A DNA stretch of 64,000 nucleotides, from assembly GCF_037042905.1 (NCBI RefSeq), contig NC_087247.1:29946001-30010000 (forward strand). Reading direction: 5' to 3'. The notes beneath the pieces are model-generated. The model saw only the letters and a list, made by a program, of their open reading frames with translations, was not told the origin of the DNA and made no database searches. Position 1 is the first letter of the stretch. The number at the start of each line of letters is the position of its first letter. Of the stretch, positions 35,801 to 46,933 are shown in pieces. A program made the translations under genes and the position numbers. Origin of the DNA: Lytechinus pictus (Eukaryota).

Positions 35801-37117
35801 GGATTTGGTAGGTGAGATCGGGATAATTATTTTAACCTTTTTTTGCGATTTGTTTCATCATGTAAACTCGTGAATATTGTTGATAAATCAATTCATAAAT
35901 AAAAAAAGAGTCAATCATCTGTCTTGTACGAATGACACATTTCTTATAAAGCGCCCATGTGTGAGAAATTAAGGTTGGAGTGTGAACTCACCATCTTCAG
36001 TAGATCATCAGAAAGACGAGCCGAGAAACCTTTAAAGAGTCTTTTATAACTATGGTCCACACGACCACCGGCAAGTCTAATGGTAGATGTAATAGATTCG
36101 ACGTCGACATGACTCTGTATAATTGCAATACACACAAAAAAATGGAAGCATAATTTCTTACTTATTATATCAAATTTATTCTATCGATAATAAGCAAAGA
36201 TGCAAGTGCAAAATGGACAAAACTCTCGATTTTGTAGCCTTCTTTTTTTTCGGAAGAGCTTCAAAACGGCTGTAAAAAGGGAAATAAAAATGGTATACCA
36301 AACGGCTTCAAAACGGAAAGTTGCTCACTGTAACCAGAGTATATTCTGTGAAATACAGCAATTGTGATCATGGTAATCTAATGATTAAATGCTGGTTGAC
36401 GTATTAGTGATGGTGATTGGGTGACTTGGGCGTCAATCTCTAATTTCATCACGAAAACTATCAACAATGCTCATTTCTGAAGATTTCCAAAATCAGAATG
36501 ACTAAATCCATGAAAATGGATTAATGATTGGTCAGTTGGCTGGTCAATAATAGAAATAGAAGGGTTTACGGTATACCATCATGTTTATGATTAATTTGCA
36601 GGTATTTTAGGGATATTCAATATAATAAAGGATGTCTTTCTAGAGGGTTCAGTATTACTTCAGTTGTAATGTTGCGTCGATAATCCTGTGATTCGCCCGT
36701 TTGTTCAATGTTTGTACCCCCCCCCCTAAAAAAGGAAATTCCTTCTATGATGGGACCGAGAAAAGATTTTGAAAATGTGAGTGTGTGTGTGTGGGGGGTT
36801 GACTGAATATGTTGATGGTAATTTTCTCGTTTTTGCATATGTTTACCGAAAAACAGAAACACTTGAAGCATCCCCTCTGTGTTGTAAAAAATAATGGTAT
36901 TTCGCAGATCCTACATAACCACAAAAATGTATTTTGTTTATTTCCATTCACATGGTCATTCAATATAATTAAACGGTCCTATATATTAATCATTTCAACT
37001 CACCTTGAGTTTTATTATGTAGCTACCAGCAATCGGCTCAGCGGCTTTTAACAATACAACTTCTTTGGCAAAGGTTGTCGAGACGAGTAGAAGTAGAGCA
37101 AGACAAATCTGGGTCAT
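29834..37117 (-). CDS. Secreted subtilisin-like serine protease (peptidase S8A, proteinase K/aqualysin-like) with signal peptide and I9 propeptide, 8 coding exons, 362 aa
   Basis: Exons (minus): 37117-37004, 36114-35992, 35566-35437, 33046-32937, 32267-32129, 31867-31680, 31277-31106, 29946-29834 (1089 nt, phases consistent). Signal peptide [17 protein letters not shown]; propeptide GSYIIKLK...FKGFSARLS...VEYVEEDG; mature start WGLDRVDQR; catalytic D (VIDTG), H (GHGTHCAG), oxyanion N (AAGN), S ([12 protein letters not shown]); C-terminus PNKLLY. A non-coding first exon may end at the donor near 37810. Confidence 0.93.
33856..34205. repeat. Minisatellite, ~16-17-bp unit with core ATTAGACCAA, in protease intron 3
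   Basis: About 20 imperfect copies of (A)TTAGACCAA-N7-8. Degenerate relatives occur at ~15760-16075 and ~29365-29430. Confidence 0.85.
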
Positions 37118-37421
37118 CTTGATTAATATACTTTGCTGTGAAAGCCCACAGATAAAAGATTAAGGACATTAAAGACTTATTTCATGACATGAAAGAGAGA
37201 GTCAAAAGAAACAAACAAAGAACGAACAAAAGAAAACAACATCAAAAGAGTCACCTCTAAAAATATTAACACCTTGATGAAACTCAAACTATATGGCGCG
37301 TAATCGCTTGTATTGTATCGATATCACTGGTATGGGGATCTCTCTAAAGAAAGGACTATACTAGTATTTTTATTTGCAGTATTACCATTATAAATATAAA
37401 AGAGAGTGATATATGCCAAGG

Positions 37422-37674
37422 CATGGCCATAAGCAGAATTTTTTGGCTGACAGGGGCAGGACGTCTAAACTTTCCCCAAAAATCTCGAAAGCGAGGGAAC
37501 TGAGACCGAGCTTGTCATTGAGGCGCTTATCCACTTTGTAAAGTGAAATTGAAGGATTTCGTGCTTACTTTTGGTGAATTTCCTGAAAATTTTCAGTAAA
37601 ATGTCTAAGTTTTCAAAAAATTTCGCGGCTGGGGGCAACTGCCCCCTGCCCCCCTCCCGCTGCGTACGGCCATG
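37422..37674. mobile_element. hAT-like MITE upstream of the protease start codon
   Basis: TIR CATGGCCATAAGCAG / CTGCGTACGGCCATG (13/15). Near-identical 8-bp flanks TGCCAAGG / TGCCAAAG. Confidence 0.65.
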
Positions 37675-38026
37675 TGCCAAAGAGGGGATAGAGGTATCAA
37701 AATTCCAAATGCTATAGTAAATCAGAATCACTCTTATGATTCACACATCTAATCAGTGTATGATAAAGTGAACAAAGAAAATACATTATTTAAAATTTAG
37801 GTCTACATACCGTCAAGTTAGAATCAATTAGAAGGACGAGAGCTTTTGCAGTGACTCGATCCCTTTTAGCGAAGATGATGAAATGAAGAAGACTTATCCA
37901 TAGTGTAGCCTAAAAGTAATTCATATATCTTTATCATAATCATACAGCAGCTGTTGTGATATTATCAAAAATATGGTTAATATTTTACTCATCAATATCA
38001 TGATTGAATCACTTACTTATCTTGTC

Positions 38027-38613
38027 GAGTATGCGGCGCACTATAGCAGACCTGAAATGGGGGGGGGGGGGGGCTAAGAGAATATCGATGACCTTCCTTC
38101 CCCCCCTTTTTTTTTGCTTGTCAGAATTTTTAAAAGGGGAAGTGCTGCAGGAAATGGGGGTGACCTTTGATCCATTTCTTTATTTTAGTTTTCAAATATT
38201 GTTTGCCCCTCCTGATGGTATGATGTTTCTAATTTACACAGTAAAAAAAAATAGCATGTCGTTTAAGCCTGTCACTCTTACATGTTGTTTAAACTGTTTT
38301 TAATTGTTTAAACTTTTTAAACAACTTGTTTCAAAAGTTTAAACAGTTGTGAGTATGCGGCGCACTATAGCAGACCTGAAATAGGGGGGGGGGGGGCTGA
38401 TAAAATTTTGATGACCTTTCTTCCCCCCTTTTTTTGTCAGATTTTTTTTAAGGGGAAGTGCTGCAGGAAATGGGGGTGACCTTTGACCCATTTCTTCCTT
38501 TTAGTTTTTCAAATATTGTTTGCCCCTCCTGATGGTATGATGTTTCTAATTTACACAGTAAAAAATAGCACGTTGTTTAAGCCTGTCACTCTTACAAGTT
38601 GTTTAAACTTTTT
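38027..38613. repeat. Tandem duplication of ~325 bp; the second copy is interrupted by the LINE and resumes at 40704-40761
   Basis: GAGTATGCGGCGCACTATAGCAGACCTGAAA starts at both 38027 and 38351. Confidence 0.9.
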
Positions 38614-40839
38614 ATAATAATAATAATAATAATAATTTGACTTATATCGCGCCAAATCCACTCTGTAGAGTGCTCAAGGCGCTTTTTAGGAAATTATAAA
38701 AGAAATTAAGAAGAATTGAACAGAAATGTTTTGAGGTAATGTTTAAAAGTTTCAGAAGTCAAGCATTGTTTGATGTTTTGAGGGAGGCTATTCCATAGCT
38801 TAGAGGATGAGTAAACAAATGATCTTTCACCCCAGGTTTTGGAAATTTTGGGGGTAACAAGAGAATTGGAAAAGGAGGAACGTAAGGATCTTGAAGGGGT
38901 ATAACTTTTGATAAGTGAAATAAGGTACTGGGGAGATGAGCCATGAACACAATGAAAAGTTAACAACAAAATCTTGAACATAATACGCTGTTTTACAGGG
39001 AGCCAATGTAATGATCTTAAAATAGGAGTAATGTGAGTGCGCCTGGTGGAAAGAGAAACGATGCGAGCGGCAGCATTTTGAAGTTTCTGAACTTTGACTA
39101 ACATATTCTGTGGTAGATTAAACAAAAGGGAGTTTCCAAAATCGAGACGGGACGAAATTAAAGCGTGAACCAATTTTTCTGTGGCCGGTCGAGACAAGTA
39201 TTTTCTAATAAAACCAATATTTCGCAATTGGTAGCGAACGGATCTACAAATAAAAGATATGTGATTCGACATTGTCATGTGAGAATCAAAAACTAGACCG
39301 AGATTGCGACAAGAACTTGACAAATTTACAGTGAGGCCAGAAAATGAGATTGAGTCGATGTGGATTTTACTTAGCTGTACCTTGGAGCCAAAAAGAAGAA
39401 ATTCACATTTGGCTGGATTCAACTTAAGAGAGTGATAAGTCAGCCAATTGTGAACATCAACCATGCAACATTCAAGACGATGGATGGAACTTTCTGCAGC
39501 TAGTTGATCCGAATTAAAGGAAATCATGAGTTGGATGTCGTCTGCATAAATATGGTATTTTATGTCGTGATTCAACAGAACTTGTCGCAATCCAGATAAA
39601 TAAATCGAAAAGAGAGTTGGCCCGCCCACAGAACCCTGAGGTACTCCACAAGAGAGAGGCAAAGCATCAGATTTATAACTGTTAATACAAACGATCTGAG
39701 AGTGGAATGAGAGATAAGACTCAAACCACTTGTAAGCCTCACCATTAACACCGAGTGAACTAAGTATGTTCAAAAGGATAGTGTGATTTACCGTGTCGAA
39801 GGCGGAGGACAAGTCTAACAGCAAAAGAGCTGTGGTGTTCCCTTTATCCATGCCTTGTAGGATATAATTAGACGCGTCAAGAAGTAGTGTTTCTACACTA
39901 TGATTGGACCTATAACCAGACTGGAAAGGATCGAGCAAATCATTATCCGAAAGGTATTCAGACAATTGAGAGAACACAATCCTTTCAAGAATCTTGAATA
40001 AAAATGGTAAGTTTGAAACTGGGCGGTAGTTTTGGAGGGAGTTTTGGTCCAGAGAGGGTTTTTTTAACAGTGGGGTAATGAGAGCAACTTTCAGAGAGGG
40101 AGGAACGTATGCCTGTTCTATACTCATATTAATTAGATGAGAGAGAATTGGAGCAACAGAAGGGGAACAATCCTTAAGTAATTTAGTGGGAATGGGATCT
40201 GACTGACATGACTTGGGAGGGAGTTTACGTAAAAGTGACATGATCTCGTCAGGAGTGGTAGGTTGGATAGTTTCAAAGGAAGAGGAAGTGAGCTGGCTGT
40301 GTGGAGACTCATCTGGTGCTAAACTATCGCAGATCATCTTGACTTTGGTCTGGAAGAAGTGAAGGAAAGTAGACGCCATTTGCGAGCTGTCTGAGTGGGA
40401 AGGAAGAGGTGACGACTGTCGACGGTTCAGTAGCCGATTAGCTACAGAGAAGAGTTTTTTGGAGTCGTCGTGACAGTCTTCAATGATAGCCACATAATAG
40501 GAACGCTTTGCCCTCTTCACTAGGGAATTGACAAGGTCACGCTGGGCAGAGAAGAGTTCCCGGTGGATATGAAGTGAAGACTGCCGCCATTGCCTCTCCA
40601 GCCTTCTTCGTTTTTTCTTCTGAGAGCGGATGTTGTCATTATACCATGGAGAGTCAACATGAATCCGGACTTTCCTTTCTTTCGGGGGTGCATGAATATT
40701 TTGTAATTGGTTAAACCTTTTAAACAACTTGCTAACTTGTTTGAAAAGTTTAAACAGTTGTTTAAAAATTTAAAGAATAGTTGTTAGAGTGACGGGCTTA
40801 AACAACTAGCTTAAACTTTTAAACAGCGTTTTTACAGTG
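38554..40839. mobile_element. CMC/EnSpm-like palindromic MITE split by the LINE insertion
   Basis: TA|CACAGTAAAAA at left and TTTTTACAGTG|TA at right. Internal inverted repeat GTTTAAGCCTGTCACTCT / AGAGTGACGGGCTTAAAC and TTTAAAC repeats. Confidence 0.65.
38614..40703 (-). mobile_element. 5'-truncated non-LTR retrotransposon (L2/CR1 group) with open reverse transcriptase ORF and (ATT)n tail
   Basis: ORF 40727-38706 with RT motifs NYRPVSNL, LLDLSSAFDTVNH, GVPQGS, YADD and L2-type C-terminus SRLDFGNSL...LHWLP. No APE endonuclease domain. Short 3' UTR with a stem-loop and (TAA)n at 38614-38636. Confidence 0.92.
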
Positions 40840-40939
40840 TAATGCTTCATTTTCTTATTCTTATTGGCCTAAAATGATATATAAAACACTGTTTATTATA
40901 ATTCCGACTTATTTGTTGCGTTCCTCACTTTCTCCCTCC

Positions 40940-41224
40940 CCTCTCTTCCTCAACTCTCTTTGCTATCCCCTCGTTACCTTTTCCCCGTGCATCCCTCTCC
41001 CATTCCGTTTTCATCATCCCCTCTCTCTCCCTCCCTCTCTCTCTCTCTCACCTCCACCCCACCCTCTCTCTCTCTCAAAGTCGATTTTCCTTAACTCTCT
41101 TTGCTATCCCTTCCAGTTACCTTTTCCCCGTGCATCCCTCTCCCATTCCGTTTTCATCATCCCCTCTCTCTCCCTCTCCCTCTTTCTCTCTCTCACCTCC
41201 ACCCACCCCCCTCTCTCTCTCTCT
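40940..41224. repeat. CT-rich tandem duplication (~140 bp x2)
   Basis: AACTCTCTTTGCTATCCC...TTACCTTTTCCCCGTGCATCCCTCTCCCATTCCG occurs twice. Confidence 0.75.
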
Positions 41225-42807
41225 TTAGGTAAGACGTATAATTAGCCTATGTAAAAAGAGGCATCTAATATGCTAGCTCATCATTTTCATGCGATCCTTT
41301 TTCATTTTATGAAAGAAACCATATAACATTGAAAGACCCAATTTCCCCAAAACGTGTAAAATGTACCTTATTGTGTTTCATGATTTTCGACAAACGACAT
41401 TGTAACGATTTCAGAACTAACAGACTTGAAACATTTTTATTTAATGAATTTCACGTAGATTATAAAGAAATTCGACTTTGGCTTTGTAGTGCAAAAAATA
41501 ATAATGTACACACAAAAGTGAAATTCACCCTGACGAAAAATATTGGAGAACAGGAGATGATGTGATGAAAATCCATTAACATGATTAAAGAACAAGAGGT
41601 TATGGAATGGTTTTCTCAAATCTTTTTCCACCCGCGCAAATTTAAAATCACTTTCAATTTGTGATAGAATGTCATTTTGGGGAATTTTATAAAGGAGTTG
41701 CTCGTCTGTGACATCACAAAAGCAGACTTTAAAATTTGATGAATCCGTTATTCTTTTCTGTTTTTCTTAAAGTCACTTTATCGCCAGGGTGAACTTCCCC
41801 TTTAATTTTACAGCAGAATAGGGCAATTGATATTTCATAATCATTCATAATAATTTAGTGTTACATTTGATTAAACGTTAATTACGAATGAGTATAACCA
41901 ATCACAACTTCAAAATTTAAAAAGTGCAATTGTGGTTTAATTCGTGGGTAAAGATATACCATGAAAAATGTAATGAGTTATGATCCATATATTGCTAAAA
42001 CACCAACTGTCACGTAAAGAAAGGTTCTATCGAAGTAATATGTAAGAACTATTTCATCCTCATTCGGAGAGAGAAATAAGATTTTAGCAAGCTTGTGAGT
42101 TGTGAAAGAAACATATTTTGTTCACAGACTAATATTTTTTCGCCCTAAACAGTCTTTATTTTGAATAATGTTCGGGCGACTTTCGATTATTAACTTAACG
42201 ATATAATGAAAATTGAATAAAATGGTCCATGGATATAACATTCAATTACAATATTCAATATCACCTTTTAAACAGTTTGTAAATTGCTATTGCTAGAAAT
42301 GGACATCTCGGACAATAAAAAACCTTTTGGTACTTTTCCTCCAGAAATAAAACTTCACTGATGATTTAAATGAAAACTTAAAAAAAGCAATAGCGAGAGA
42401 TTTTATTCAGCCAAGTCATTTAAACGTAATTAACCCCCTTAACTCCAAAATTCTTCTCAATATAATAGTAGATGATATTATTTCATTAACATAATTAACT
42501 GACTGCAACAAGTAAATTTTCGATGTCCAAGTAAGATCCTAAATCGCTATTTATATACCGAATTGTGTCCAGTACCTAAGTCTAATTCAATGAATACAAC
42601 ACACACATTTTCCGAATTCAGTTGCATTAGTTAGTTATAAGAATAAATAATTTTGTGCAGCTTATAGAAAGTCCAATGGACCTGAAGGCCTATTGAGAAT
42701 ATCGAATAAAAAAAAGGGCTGTCGTAACGTTTGTATAATCACTTAAATCAATTTGAATATTTCCAATAAATCCAAATATGGGGGGGGGGGGAGTCTTTCA
42801 CAACGAG

Positions 42808-43235
42808 TTAAAGGGGTACTCCGGGCTGGAAATATTTATATCTAAATAAACAGAGTAGAAATCACTGAGCAGATTTCTGAAAATTTCAACAAAATCTGAC
42901 AACAAATAAAGTTATTGAATTTTGAAGTTAAGCCATATTTTCTGAAAACAGTTATATGCAGGTCGTCATGAATATTCATTAGGTGGGCTGATTATGTCAC
43001 ATACCCACTATCCTTTTTCTTATGTTATTACATTAAATTAAAATTATTTCATTTTTTATGCAAGTGTGAATATTCATGAAGACATTTACAGAACTGTTTG
43101 ATCGAAATAATACAAATCTTTAAAATACCATAACTTTGTTTTTTGGTCCAAAATTGATCATATTTTCAGTGCTTTGTTTGTCTGATTTTCCTTTATCTGT
43201 TATTATTATCAGCCTGGAGTACCCCTAGCCTTTAA
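42808..43235. mobile_element. Kolobok/T2-like MITE (family B)
   Basis: TTAAAGGGGTACTCCGGGCTG...CAGCCTGGAGTACCCCT with an internal palindrome. Confidence 0.7.
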
Positions 43236-44570
43236 GTATGACTTAAATCGTGCTTAAATGCTAGCACCCGCATGATATTTAACGCGCAACCCCATTGATT
43301 AAAACGCAGTATAATTTAGTGCGCGTACCCTTAGCATATTAATTCGAACAATGCGATGGTACATTTTTAATCGAATGCAATGAGAATTGTTAATCACACT
43401 AAAATCTGTGTGAAACACCCCCAGATTCAGTCATTACCATCTTTCCTTCTTTCATCAGAACCTCGCCACATCCGGGCCTTGTTGCTTAAATCTACGGCAA
43501 CCGTACGGCGAGTCGAAAGCAACCATTTTCAACATTTTTTGTACCAGCTACACTGGTTTGAATAAAACTGTCGTTTTCGACTTGCCGTACGGCCGCCGTA
43601 GGGGAAATGTGACTGTAGCATTATTGTCATGGAAACTTGGTTTTTATTGACTGCTAAGATTTTACCATGGTAGTTAGAATTGACAGCACACATACACACT
43701 GAAAAGGGATACAATAATTATCAGCCCTTAGGGTTGGCAGCCCTTTCGTATCTTAAAAAAGGGGCAATGTTTTTTTTCTTTTCTTACGTACCATGTTAAA
43801 GGGTGGAGAGTTGCACCCTTCAACGAAGATACAATATTTCACCTCTTTGAATGCTTAATATTTTGCATCATAAAAGGTGCAAAGTTGTCTTTAAAATGCA
43901 AACTCCTTATTTCTTAGTGTGTACCATATAATATATTATACAACGGACAAGTTTTCTTATAAATGAATTACCAACTGTTAACGCAGCATATAACGTCTAA
44001 TCGCCTTTAGAATATTTAAGTGTGTGCTTGCTATATACAGCTGTAATATAAGAACACCAAAGATGCATTATTTGAGTTTATGCACAATTCGATCTTAACA
44101 CTGAAAATATCACAAGCAGTCATGCATTGTAGGCACATATCGATTCACAATATTTTACATAAAAAATTCTTTCAAAATGAAATGATAACAGTACCTGAAC
44201 GATAGATAGAGAAGACAGAGAAGATATACGATGAAGAAGAAGAAGCAGGAGGACGAGAAGAATGAGAAGGAAGAGGAGGAATGAAGATCGAAAAAGGTAA
44301 ACAGTACGAGGAAGAGGAAAACAAAAAATCGGTATACATTTTGTGAATAAATAAAGAAGGCTATTTTCTCCTTTTTAACAAAAGTTCAACCCCTTTTTCA
44401 TCTTTAAAATTTCTACAGTAACACAATCCTTATTTTGAAAACAGTCTCGACAAAAGCAACATTGTGAAAAAGGGCGTCCAAGGTATGTGACATAGGAACA
44501 ATATATCTACATAATAAATAATTATTTACAAATATTTTAGGGTAGATCATTGAGAATGATCCGGGTAATT

Positions 44571-46896
44571 TTAAGCCATGATATCGGGACCAGCCGGATG
44601 ATACATGTATTCTCCATTCTCCATTTCATCATCTTCATCGTTCAAATTGTCGTAACTGTCATCGTTCCGTCTTAGTTTTAGAGCAGCGTATTGGTTTCCT
44701 CCGACAGTTCTTGATGGTTGTTTCTTCTCCGAGAGATTGTTATTGTCACTTCCGTAGATGTATGCCTTATCTTGGCTGTTATGCTGCACGTGGCCGTTAC
44801 TTGGTGCGTCCGGTGAGTGCATCCCACTCCTGCCACCGCTTAGTTTTCCATTCTCCTTCGATGACCGTTTTGAATCTTTTGGCCTGAGATACGAATCGCT
44901 ATCTAACGCCTCATCTGCAGCTGGATGGTCATCGAAATCTAGGTACTCTGGGTGGAGGGATGTAAGTGGTTGGTACTCCGACGGTGACTGGGGTACTTTC
45001 GGACCACTCAGTCGAGATTCATAAACAGGATCGTAACGTTCATCCATTGTGTTACCCTGGCCCTGTGATGGTGATCGATGTGAACCAGACTCGGATGCTG
45101 CACGTCCACTCCCTCGGCTGTCCCGTGTCTTTGATCGAGGAAGAACCCTCTCATTGTCCTCATTGGGTAGCTGGTAGGTTTCTCTTTTACTATAACCTCC
45201 AATCGAGCTGGCTGGACTCCTCTCAAGCAGATGATAAACTGGTGCATTCCCATCAACACTATCGGTATCAGCTTGCAAGGTAGATGGCGCCTGTCCTCCA
45301 TCGGTCATATCCGGCAGGGACCTCCACCTGCGTACACTTTCTGGTGACCTTCTTGGCCTTGACTGATACTGTCCGTACACAGGAACAGGCGTAAACGCAG
45401 CTGAATCGTACTTCCTCGAGCGAGGCACACCCCTATGTCCACCGCCCCTGGTTAAACGATTGTAATCTTCACCAAGCGTAGAACTTCGACCTCTCCCAGA
45501 TTGGTTCGGGACAAACCGCCTGTTGTTGCCATCTTTCAAGGCCTGACGAGCCTTGATTCTATCGAGAGCCCGTTCCACATCGGTACTGTTGGCATGAGTA
45601 TCGCCCGTGTTGCTTCTATACCGGTGAGGTTTTTGAGGAGTTCTGTGCTGATTTTCAGGATCTGAGATGGATGGTGCTACCTTGAGATGCATGTAAGGTA
45701 ACCCTTGTGGTTCAGTCTCGGGTAGGTACCTGGTGTATCCGTAAGCATCCTGGGGAGCAGAACGGCCATCGGTCATATCAGCTAATGCTGGATTGACCCC
45801 CGGTAGAAGGCTCATCTGACGTACTGGTGGATTAGGTGGGTCACCAAGAAGTGCAATGTCGGATACTGACCGATGGATAGTGCCAGAATTAAGTGAGTTG
45901 ATTGCAGACAGGCTCTCGCTTCGATATAACCCGTTTGGATACGCTCCACCTCTGCCAGGACCTAGTGAAACGGTTAAACGATAGAGAATAATGGAATTAT
46001 CTTAACCTACCAAATACCTTGCTTTTGAACGGTCGTTACCGTGTATCCTAAATAGCTTTATAATTTACCTTGGCAACAATAAGTGACATAATACGTTTAT
46101 GACAACCGAATCAAGGAAAATTTTCAATGAAGATTCATTCCGTGAAACGAACAAAACAATGATGAATCATGAGTACTATGACTTACAGTATCATTAATTA
46201 TTGTTCTTTTTATCTGCTGTCGTCTGCTAACTTTTACTTTTCTAAAAATGAAAATCGATCATTTCATATGCTCCTCCATAATTCAAATTTTATAATCCGC
46301 AATTTATAACTGACATACAAACTTCATCTGTAATAAAAGTCATAAACTTACTTGAAGTCATTTGTATTTCTTCTACCGTTGCATACTCTTGGTTATGGAG
46401 GGATGGCAGGTTGCGTCTATAATGAGAAATTCAAGACCATTCAGTATTCATAAGATAAAATTTAAGAAAGTTGACCTAAGTACTAAGCAGTAAAGAGAGT
46501 GCACAATAATTGATCGCGCCTGTGGCGTACCTGGAATATTTCGTCAAGAGGAACAAAATTTTCTGACAATTCCTTTGAGTGGGATTTTAGAAAAGTAGCT
46601 TCCCTCTAACAAGGGGACTTGGACAATCAAGCCCCCCCCCCCCTCGGTAAGCTAGTGGATCATGCTAATGCTTTATTCGTTGATAATTAAAGAACCGATC
46701 GCCATCTTTGACAAGTCAAGAGCCGTCCAGAATACTGGTAGCTTGTCAAAATTTCATAATCTTAAGATTTATCACCAAAAAGTTGACTACTCCGCGCTAC
46801 AAAATACAAACGCCCTTCACAGTACGGCAAAGTAAATTCATCATTATAGATGGTTGTATTTACATACACACATATATGTATATATATATACATATA

Positions 46897-46933
<37 letters not shown>

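Noticed and set aside
40704-40727. Annotated start of the 673-aa RT ORF as a domesticated gene
   Set aside because: These codons (non-ATG start) come from the flanking MITE. The LINE is 5'-truncated at ~40703 and there is no evidence of a promoter or splicing.
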